Source: Eubacteriales bacterium (lineage in GTDB: Bacteria > Bacillota > Clostridia > Oscillospirales > CAG-272). From it: a stretch of 49,088 nt of DNA. The translations under genes were made by a program, and so were the position numbers. The stretch is from NCBI GenBank assembly GCA_045133915.1, contig JBGUUX010000049.1:1-49088 (forward strand). Direction: 5' to 3'. Below the pieces are notes generated by a model. That model was given only the letters and a program-made list of their open reading frames with translations. It made no database searches and had not been told where the DNA came from. Of the stretch, positions 39,052-46,700 are shown piece after piece; position 1 is the stretch's first letter; each line of letters begins with the position of its first letter.

Positions 39052-39965
39052 CAGTGTGCGCCTCCTATTATATCTGTTAATTTATCAATTTTGTATTTTT
39101 CCATTACTCGGGGAAGATCCTCGATGATATCACGGCAAGCGTAGGGGTTGACAAGGTTTGCCGCGCCTACCTGAACTGCCGTTGCTCCGCAGAGCATCAT
39201 TTCTATTACGTCCTCGGCTGTGGTAACACCACCCATACCGATGATCGGGATGTTAACTGCCTCGTATACCTGATATACCATACGAAGGGCTACGGGAAGG
39301 ATAGCAGAGCCGGAGAAGCCGCCCATCTTGTTTGCTACAACAGGCTTCTTTGTACGAAGATCCACTCTCATACCGAGAAGGGTATTGATCATAGAAAGAC
39401 CGTCTGCACCTGCCTCTTCGCACGCCTTTGCGATAGAAACGATATCTGTTACGTTGGGGCTTAATTTAATGTATACAGGCTTTGTGGTAACCGCCTTTAC
39501 AGCCTTTGTTACGGCTGCCGCGTTCTCACAGCTTGTACCGAAAGCCATACCGCCGTTATGAACGTTGGGACAGCTTATATTTACTTCAATAATGCCTACG
39601 TCAGGCTCTTTGTCAATTTTCTCGCAGGTGTAAACGTACTCGTCGATAGAAAATCCGCTTACGTTTGCCACTACCTTTTTGTTAAATACCTTACGCATCT
39701 TGGGCAGCTCTTCTGCGATGACCTTTTCAACACCTGGGTTCTGAAGACCTACAGAGTTGATCATACCCATATTACATTCTGCAATTCTGGGTGTGGGGTT
39801 GCCGAAGCGTGGATCCTTGGTCGTTCCCTTAAAGGAGAAGGAACCAAGAACGTTAATATCATAAAGTTCAGCAAACTCATAGCCGAAGCCGAACGTGCCG
39901 CTGGCGGGGATAATGGGATTGTCAAGCTCCCATCCGGAGAGCGTTACTTTTAAATCTTTCATCAT
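39051..39965 (-). CDS. pyrD: Dihydroorotate dehydrogenase family 1B, catalytic subunit
   Basis: ASGTFG, GNPTPRIAE, NISCPNV, KLSPN, IIGMGG. Confidence 0.96.
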   Translation of the reverse strand: MMKDLKVTLSGWELDNPIIPASGTFGFGYEFAELYDINVLGSFSFKGTTKDPRFGNPTPRIAECNMGMINSVGLQNPGVEKVIAEELPKMRKVFNKKVVANVSGFSIDEYVYTCEKIDKEPDVGIIEVNISCPNVHNGGMAFGTSCENAAAVTKAVKAVTTKPVYIKLSPNVTDIVSIAKACEEAGADGLSMINTLLGMRVDLRTKKPVVANKMGGFSGSAILPVALRMVYQVYEAVNIPIIGMGGVTTAEDVIEMMLCGATAVQVGAANLVNPYACRDIIEDLPRVMEKYKIDKLTDIIGGAH

Positions 39966-40708
39966 TACGCCTCCTTATCCCAAAGAATTTCGTCACTTAC
40001 AAGGACAGGACCTTCCTTGCAGATACGCTTGTTGCCGTAGATCGTCTTGCAGCTGCAACCCATACAAGCGCCAAATCCGCAGCCCATTCTTTCTTCAAAG
40101 GAGAGCTGACCCTTCTTGTCACTTGTTTTATAGAGAGCCTTTAACATAGGCTCGGGACCGCAGGCAGAGTAATCTGTGTAATCTATATCACAGAGAGCGT
40201 TTGTTACAAAGCCCTTTGTGCCGAGAGAGCCGTCAACGGTGGTAACGATAACCTTTGCGCCGAGAGCCTCAAACTCTTCCTTATAAAATACTTCGGAAGC
40301 GGTATTAAAGCCGAGGATAGCGGTAACTTCCTTACCTTCTGCGATAAGAGCCTTGGCAAGACCGTACATAGGGGGAACACCAACGCCGCCGCCTACAACT
40401 ACGGGCTTGTCACCGCACTTTGCGGTATCAAAGCCGTTACCCAGACCGCAGAGAACGTCAAGGGTCTGACCCTCTGTCATGCCCTTCATCTTCTCAGTAC
40501 CCTTGCCCACCACCTTGTAGATAATGGTGATCTCCTTGTCGTTATAATCGCAAACAGAGATAGGACGGCGAAGATAAAGACCTTCAAGCGCTATGTTTAT
40601 AAACTGACCGGGATTGGTCAAGGCAGAGGTGTCTCCCGCGAGACGCATAAGATATACGTCCCGTGTGAGCGCTCTGTTTTCTAATATCGTATAAATACCT
40701 TTTGTCAT
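39965..40708 (-). CDS. pyrK: Dihydroorotate dehydrogenase electron-transfer subunit
   Basis: PGQF, RRPIS, GGGVG, ACGP, 2Fe-2S motif MGCGFGACMGC...CKEGP. Confidence 0.95.
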   Translation of the reverse strand: MTKGIYTILENRALTRDVYLMRLAGDTSALTNPGQFINIALEGLYLRRPISVCDYNDKEITIIYKVVGKGTEKMKGMTEGQTLDVLCGLGNGFDTAKCGDKPVVVGGGVGVPPMYGLAKALIAEGKEVTAILGFNTASEVFYKEEFEALGAKVIVTTVDGSLGTKGFVTNALCDIDYTDYSACGPEPMLKALYKTSDKKGQLSFEERMGCGFGACMGCSCKTIYGNKRICKEGPVLVSDEILWDKEA

Positions 40709-40709
40709 A

Positions 40710-43700
40710 TTAAGAATCTATTGTTGAGATGCAGAGAGTTGTCTCTTCAAGAACGTCGAGAAGAACTCTTACTGTATCAAGTGCGGTGAACATGGTTACG
40801 TTGTTTTCAGCAGCACAACGGCGGATCTCAAAGCCGTCGGAGCTGTGAGAATCACGGTTGATGTCGCGGGAAGAGATAACGTAGTTTACGTGACCCTGTC
40901 TGATAGAACGAAGTATCTCGTCGCTACCCTCGCTTATCTTCTTCATAACGTGGGTACGGATTCCGTTAGCCTTAAGGAAGTTTGCGGTACCCTGAGTAGC
41001 CTCGATATTGAAGCCAAGGTTATAGAAGCGGCGGATAAGAGGAAGTGCCTCTTCCTTATCGGAGTCTGCGATAGAAACGAAGATAGTACCGTAGTTTACT
41101 ACGTTCATACCGGAGGACTGAAGAGCCTTATAGAGCGCTCTTGTCAGCTTGTCGTCATAACCGATAGCCTCACCTGTGGACTTCATTTCGGGTGAGAGGT
41201 ATGCGTCAAGACCTCTGATCTTGGAGAAGGAGAATGCGGGAACCTTAACGTACCATCTCTTCTTCTCTTCGGGATATACTACTTCGATACCCTGATCCTT
41301 GAGAGTTTCGCCAAGCATTACCTTGGTACCGATATCAGCCAGAGACCAACCTGTAGCCTTAGAAAGGAAGGGTACGGTTCTGGAGGAACGGGGGTTAACC
41401 TCGATGATATATACGTCCTCGTTTGCATCAACTATGAACTGGATGTTGTAGAGACCTACGATGCCTATACCAAGACCGAGACGCTTGGTGTAGTCAAGGA
41501 TAGTATCCTTTACCTTCTGGCTTACGGAGAAGGTGGGGTATACGGAGATAGAGTCACCGGAGTGGATACCTGTACGCTCAACGTGCTCCATGATGCCGGG
41601 AACGAAAACGTCCTTGCCGTCGCAAACTGCGTCAACCTCAAGCTCCTTACCGAAGATATACTTGTCAACAAGTACGGGGTTGTCAGAGTCAAGCTTGATT
41701 GCTGTATTAAGGTAGGTTCTGAGAGCCTCTTCGTTTGCAACGATCTGCATTGCACGACCGCCAAGCACGTAGCTGGGACGAACAAGTACGGGATAGCCAA
41801 TCTCGGTAGCTGCTCTTACACCAGCCTCGATATCAGTTACTGCCTGACCCTTAGGCTGGGGAATGTCAAGCTCATGAAGGATCTTCTCAAAGGAGTCTCT
41901 GTTTTCTGCACGCTCGATAGCCTCAAAGTCTGTACCGATGAGCTTAACGCCGTGCTTCATAAGGGGCTGAGCAAGGTTGATAGCGGTCTGACCGCCGAGG
42001 GATGCAACAACACCAAGGGGCTTTTCCAGCTCGATAACGTTCATAACGTCCTCAACGGTAAGGGGCTCGAAGTAGAGCTTGTCACTTACGGTATAGTCTG
42101 TAGAAACGGTCTCGGGGTTGTTGTTTATGATGATCGCCTCATAGCCTGAATTCTTGATGGTCTGTACCGCATGAACGGTGGAGTAGTCAAACTCGACACC
42201 CTGACCGATACGGATAGGACCTGAACCGAGAACTATGATCTTCTTTCTGTCTGTAACAACAGATTCGTTTTCCTGCTCGTAGGTGGAGTACATATAAGAA
42301 ACGTAGCCGTCATACTCACCTGCGCAGGTGTCGATCATCTTGTATACGGGGAAGAGGTTGTTGTCCTTTCTGAACTTGTAAACCTCTGTTTCGGGACAGT
42401 TCCATACCTTAGCAATGAACTTGTCCGAAACGCCCATTCTCTTTGCCTCGTACATGGTGTCGTAGTCAAAGGGATTAGCGGTAAGTGTATGCTCGAAGTC
42501 GATGATGTTCTTATACTTTTCAAGGAAGAGCATATCGATCTGTGTCTTGTCGCAGATAACGCCAAGGTCAACACCGATACGGATAAGCTGAGCGATAGCA
42601 AAGATACGGTCGTCGGTACCGTCCTTGATGTAGTCAAGAAGCTCGTTGACGCTCATCTCGTCAAACTTTGCCATATGGAGATGGCATACGCCGATCTCAA
42701 GAGAACGAACTGCCTTGAGAAGACACTCTTCAAGGGTACGTCCGATACTCATTACCTCACCTGTAGCCTTCATCTGTGTGGAGAGCTTGTTGGAGGCGGT
42801 AGCAAACTTATCGAAGGGGAATCTTGCAACCTTGGCTACAACGTAGTCAAGCGCAGGTTCAAAACTTGCAGGAGTAGTGGAAAGCATGATCTCGTCAAGA
42901 GTGAGACCTACCGCTACCTTTGCGGTGATACGTGCGATAGGATATCCGCTTGCCTTAGAAGCAAGAGCGGAGGAACGGGATACACGGGGGTTAACCTCGA
43001 TGAGGTAGTAGTCAAAGGACTGAGGGTCAAGAGCAAACTGTACGTTACAGCCGCCTTCGATCTCAAGTGCGCGGATCAGCTTAAGAGCTGAGTCACGGAG
43101 GATGTGATATTCCTTGCTGGTAAGTGTCTGACAGGGAGCAACAACGATAGAGTCACCTGTGTGGATACCAACAGGGTCGATATTTTCCATAGAACATACG
43201 GTAATAGCGGTGTCGTTAGAGTCACGCATTACCTCGAACTCGATCTCCTTATAGCCCTTGATAGACTTTTCTACAAGAACCTGAGAAACGGGAGAGAGTG
43301 CAAGAGCGTTCTTCATTATATCAACAAGCTCGGTCTCGTTATCAGCAAAGCCGCCGCCTGTACCGCCCAGGGTAAATGCGGGACGAAGAACTACGGGATA
43401 ACCGATCTTTTCTGCAATAGCCTTACCCTCTTCAATGGTGTTTGCTACGTCGGAGGGAAGCACGGGCTCACCCAGGTCAAGACAAAGCTGCTTGAAGAGC
43501 TCACGGTCCTCTGCGCGCTCGATGGACTCGCACTTTGTACCGAGAAGCTTAACACGGCACTCGTCGAGAATACCCTTACGTGCAAGCTGCATAGCAAGGT
43601 TAAGACCTGTCTGACCGCCAAGGCCGGGGATGATAGCGTCGGGACGCTCGTAACGGAGGATCTTAGCAACGTATTCAAGGGTAAGAGGCTCCATGTATAC

Positions 43701-43889
43701 CTTATCTGCAATAGTGGTATCGGTCATGATGGTAGCGGGGTTGGAGTTACAGAGGATAACCTCATAGCCCTCTTCCTTAAGCGCAAGACAAGCCTGTGTG
43801 CCTGCGTAGTCAAACTCTGCCGCCTGACCGATAACTATAGGACCTGAACCTATAACCAGTATCTTCTTTATGTCGGTTCTCTTAGGCAT
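40710..43889 (-). CDS. carB: Carbamoyl-phosphate synthase large subunit
   Basis: MPKRTDI, GSGPIVIGQAAEFDY, two ATP-grasp units (RPAFTLGG, RPSYVLGG; IEVNPR twice), C-terminal MGS-like domain. Confidence 0.98.
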   Translation of the reverse strand: MPKRTDIKKILVIGSGPIVIGQAAEFDYAGTQACLALKEEGYEVILCNSNPATIMTDTTIADKVYMEPLTLEYVAKILRYERPDAIIPGLGGQTGLNLAMQLARKGILDECRVKLLGTKCESIERAEDRELFKQLCLDLGEPVLPSDVANTIEEGKAIAEKIGYPVVLRPAFTLGGTGGGFADNETELVDIMKNALALSPVSQVLVEKSIKGYKEIEFEVMRDSNDTAITVCSMENIDPVGIHTGDSIVVAPCQTLTSKEYHILRDSALKLIRALEIEGGCNVQFALDPQSFDYYLIEVNPRVSRSSALASKASGYPIARITAKVAVGLTLDEIMLSTTPASFEPALDYVVAKVARFPFDKFATASNKLSTQMKATGEVMSIGRTLEECLLKAVRSLEIGVCHLHMAKFDEMSVNELLDYIKDGTDDRIFAIAQLIRIGVDLGVICDKTQIDMLFLEKYKNIIDFEHTLTANPFDYDTMYEAKRMGVSDKFIAKVWNCPETEVYKFRKDNNLFPVYKMIDTCAGEYDGYVSYMYSTYEQENESVVTDRKKIIVLGSGPIRIGQGVEFDYSTVHAVQTIKNSGYEAIIINNNPETVSTDYTVSDKLYFEPLTVEDVMNVIELEKPLGVVASLGGQTAINLAQPLMKHGVKLIGTDFEAIERAENRDSFEKILHELDIPQPKGQAVTDIEAGVRAATEIGYPVLVRPSYVLGGRAMQIVANEEALRTYLNTAIKLDSDNPVLVDKYIFGKELEVDAVCDGKDVFVPGIMEHVERTGIHSGDSISVYPTFSVSQKVKDTILDYTKRLGLGIGIVGLYNIQFIVDANEDVYIIEVNPRSSRTVPFLSKATGWSLADIGTKVMLGETLKDQGIEVVYPEEKKRWYVKVPAFSFSKIRGLDAYLSPEMKSTGEAIGYDDKLTRALYKALQSSGMNVVNYGTIFVSIADSDKEEALPLIRRFYNLGFNIEATQGTANFLKANGIRTHVMKKISEGSDEILRSIRQGHVNYVISSRDINRDSHSSDGFEIRRCAAENNVTMFTALDTVRVLLDVLEETTLCISTIDS

Positions 43890-44982
43890 TCTCCTTTACC
43901 TCCTTCATCATGCTTACAAACTTATCATAGAGATTTTCGCAGTCCTTGGGTCTTACTGTGTTGTCAACCTCAAACTGAACGGCGAACATATTGTCTTCTT
44001 TGTTTTCTACACCTGCGATAGTGCCCTCAATAACGTTCTGGTGAGTAACTGTGAGAGCTGTGTTCTTAAGGCTCTCGGGCTCAACGGTGTAGGAGTGGAT
44101 CTGGTTTACCACGTCAACGCGGTTGTTGATGAGGTTTCTTACGGGATGGCTTCCGCCGCCGTGACCGAACTTCATCTTGTAGCAGGATGCACCGTATGCC
44201 ATACAGATGAGCTCAAAGCCAAGGGAGATACCGAACATGGGGTACTTGCCCTTTAATTCCTTGATAAGGTCAATAACCACGGGAACGTCTGCAGGATTGC
44301 CGGGGCCGTCGGAGATAAGGATTCCGTCGGGGTTCATACCCTCGATTATTCTTGCCTCGGTGTTGTAAGGAACAACTGTTACGTTACATCCGCGCGCGTT
44401 AAGCTCCTTGATAACGCTGAGCTTGGTGCCGCAGTCAACCACAACTACGTTGTACTTAGGCTTAAAGGTACGGCTGTACCATCTCTTCTTGCAACTTACT
44501 CTTGCAACTGCATCGGTGGGAAGCTCGTGGGTCTGCATATATTCGATAGCCTCTTCCTTAGGCTTGTCAGCATCGCAGATATAAACCTTGCAGCTGCCGT
44601 TATCTCTTATTTTACGGGTAAGCATACGGGTATCTATTCCCTCAATTGCGGGAATGTGGTTTTCCTCAAGGATCTCGGAGAGAGTCTTGGTATATCTGAA
44701 GTTACTGGGAGAGTCGTTATACTCTCTTACGATAAGACCGCCGATGGTGGGGACTTTAGTTTCAAAATCCTCCTCTGCGATACCGTAGTTACCGATAAGG
44801 GGATAGGTCATAAGCACCATATCGTCTGTATAACCGGGGTCGGAAATTACCTCTTGGTAGCCTACCATAGCGGTGTTCATAAGAAGCTCGCACATAGCTT
44901 CAACCTTGGTGTCACCAAAGCCGAAACCGTAATATTCCTGACCGTCCTCGGTCACTATCTTTCTGTCATACTTGATTGCCAT
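43882..44982 (-). CDS. carA: Carbamoyl-phosphate synthase small subunit, full length but lacking the glutaminase catalytic residues
   Basis: NTAMVGYQE, TYPLIGNYG, GIDTRMLT, GPG retained; catalytic motifs read GISLGFE and QFEVD. Confidence 0.93.
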   Translation of the reverse strand: MAIKYDRKIVTEDGQEYYGFGFGDTKVEAMCELLMNTAMVGYQEVISDPGYTDDMVLMTYPLIGNYGIAEEDFETKVPTIGGLIVREYNDSPSNFRYTKTLSEILEENHIPAIEGIDTRMLTRKIRDNGSCKVYICDADKPKEEAIEYMQTHELPTDAVARVSCKKRWYSRTFKPKYNVVVVDCGTKLSVIKELNARGCNVTVVPYNTEARIIEGMNPDGILISDGPGNPADVPVVIDLIKELKGKYPMFGISLGFELICMAYGASCYKMKFGHGGGSHPVRNLINNRVDVVNQIHSYTVEPESLKNTALTVTHQNVIEGTIAGVENKEDNMFAVQFEVDNTVRPKDCENLYDKFVSMMKEVKENA

Positions 44983-46202
44983 ACTATCCTCCTGTTAATT
45001 ACTGTCATTATACATTCACCGTAGACCTCTTTACCTGCAAAGGGTGTTATCTTACCCATTGAAAGAAAGTCGTTAGGATCAATTACATATTTTCTGTCGG
45101 TAGAAAGCACCGTGAAGCTATCCTCTGATGCCGGAATACCGAAACGTTTTCTGGGATTTGTTATCATAAGCTCAAGGAGCTTTTCCATACTGATCACACC
45201 CGGCTTTACAAGCTCGGTGTACATGATGGGGAACGCAGTCTCTATACCGGTTATTCCCATGGGGCTCTTTGCAAGACCGAGAGACTTTTCTTCGGTGGTG
45301 TGAGGAGCGTGGTCGGTTGCTATCATATCTATGGTACCGTCGATTATACCCTCACGAAGCGCCATCATATCTTCTCTGCTGCGAAGAGGCGGATTCATCT
45401 TGAATCTTGCGTCTTCCTGCAGATCTTCATCACAAAGTACTAAGTAATGAGGTCCTGTTTCGCAGGTGACCGGCAAGCCCTTTGCCTTAGCCTGTCTTAT
45501 CAGCTCCACGCTTTCCTTGGTTGAGATGTGGCATACGTGATATTCACATCCTGTCTCTTCGACCAATTTAAGGTCTCTTTCTATCTGCTTCCATTCGCTT
45601 TCGTTTGAAATGCCCTTGTGTCCGTGAGCTCTCTGATAAGCGCAGGAGTTTATATATCCGCCGAAGAGAAGCGAATTGTCCTCGCAGTGGGCTGCTATTA
45701 TTTTACCGAGGCTCTTTGCCTTCAGCATCGCCGCCCTCATCATATCGTCCGACTGGACTCCTCTGCCGTCGTCCGAGAAGCCGCAGACCTTGTCTGCCAT
45801 GCCCTCAAGGTCGGCAAGCTCCTGCCCTACTTCCATCATCGTGATAGAGCCGTAGGGATGAACGTTTATTACCGCATCCCTTTCGATGATATCCAACTGC
45901 TTTTGCAGGGTCTCGGGTGTATCAGGTACCGGGTTTAAGTTAGGCATACTGCATACGTCGGTATAACCGCCTCTTGCTGCCGCCTTTGTTCCCGTTGCCA
46001 CCCTTTCTTTCATAGAAAAGCCCGGCTCTCTCAGATGAACATGAACATCCAAGAAACCGGGTGAAAAAATACAATTATCAAATTCACAAAGAACCTCTTC
46101 GCCCATAGGAGCAAAAGAAGCTTTTCCTTCATTAATATATACGTCACGGGAAGAAATGTTACCGTCGATCAGACATAATGCGTTTTTTAACTTGATCTGC
46201 AT
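44955..46202 (-). CDS. pyrC: Dihydroorotase (type I)
   Basis: DVHVHLREPG, MPN..P..D, FSDDG, HCED, KMNPPLR, ATDHAPH. Confidence 0.96.
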   Translation of the reverse strand: MQIKLKNALCLIDGNISSRDVYINEGKASFAPMGEEVLCEFDNCIFSPGFLDVHVHLREPGFSMKERVATGTKAAARGGYTDVCSMPNLNPVPDTPETLQKQLDIIERDAVINVHPYGSITMMEVGQELADLEGMADKVCGFSDDGRGVQSDDMMRAAMLKAKSLGKIIAAHCEDNSLLFGGYINSCAYQRAHGHKGISNESEWKQIERDLKLVEETGCEYHVCHISTKESVELIRQAKAKGLPVTCETGPHYLVLCDEDLQEDARFKMNPPLRSREDMMALREGIIDGTIDMIATDHAPHTTEEKSLGLAKSPMGITGIETAFPIMYTELVKPGVISMEKLLELMITNPRKRFGIPASEDSFTVLSTDRKYVIDPNDFLSMGKITPFAGKEVYGECIMTVINRRIVWQSSMTER

Positions 46203-46296
46203 GGTTTATCCTCCTTAAGGTCAGGGGAATCGAGCCCCATATGGTTTTAGATGGCAGATATCCGCCATCTCATTGTCAGCGATTTAGTCTATATCT

Positions 46297-46417
46297 AAAA
46301 ACAAAAATATCTTGTCCTGCGACAAGATATAACTATACAACAAAACCGGCTCTTGCACAGCAAAAACCTATGTTATTCTATTACATCTTGTCGGCATCTC
46401 TGTACCGCTCTTAAAGA
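46297..46417 (-). ncRNA. PyrR-binding transcription attenuator
   Basis: Minus-strand binding loop UCUUUAAGAG-CGGUA-CAGAGA-UGCCG-ACAAGA (CNGNGA hexaloop, UUUAA bulge). Its 3' arm CGACAAGAUGU can instead pair with AUAUCUUGUCG (antiterminator). Terminator AUAUCUUGUC/GACAAGAUAU plus U tract. Confidence 0.85.
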
Positions 46418-46425
46418 CCTAAAAT

Positions 46426-46455
46426 AGTATATCACAATTTCGCACCTATTGTCAA
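46426..46455 (-). promoter_or_regulatory. sigma-A promoter of the pyr operon
   Basis: Minus-strand TTGACA-18 nt-TATACT with TG extension, just upstream of the PyrR loop. Confidence 0.7.
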
Positions 46456-46632
46456 TAGAAATAATATACATACATATTTATTTAACATTCTGTTTATTGT
46501 CATATTACCCAAAACACGAACGAAAAAATATATAAACTGAACAAATAGCAGGATAAAACCAATTTTCAAAATTCAGTTCTTACGTTTCAGCCCTTCCCTG
46601 TTTATATAACTTTGACAAGTAGGCCATATCTA

Positions 46633-46662
46633 TTGACATAATACTTAGTATAATGTTATAAT
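46633..46662 (+). promoter_or_regulatory. sigma-A promoter of the secreted repeat protein gene
   Basis: TTGACA-18 nt-TATAAT with TG extension; AAAGGAG RBS downstream. Confidence 0.65.
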
Positions 46663-46700
46663 GTGGTATCGAAAAATACTTTTAAAAGGAGAAATTTGCG

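Noticed and set aside
43882-44982. carA as a pseudogene
   Set aside because: No frameshift or internal stop, normal length, biased codon usage like its neighbours, and overlaps with both flanking genes are preserved.
46224-46286. Hammerhead-like order (CUGA..UGA, stem, UAAA, stem) or a tRNA fragment in the pyrC leader
   Set aside because: The core has a 3-nt insertion and UAAA instead of the essential GAAA; no cloverleaf can be formed. Kept only as an unexplained structured segment.
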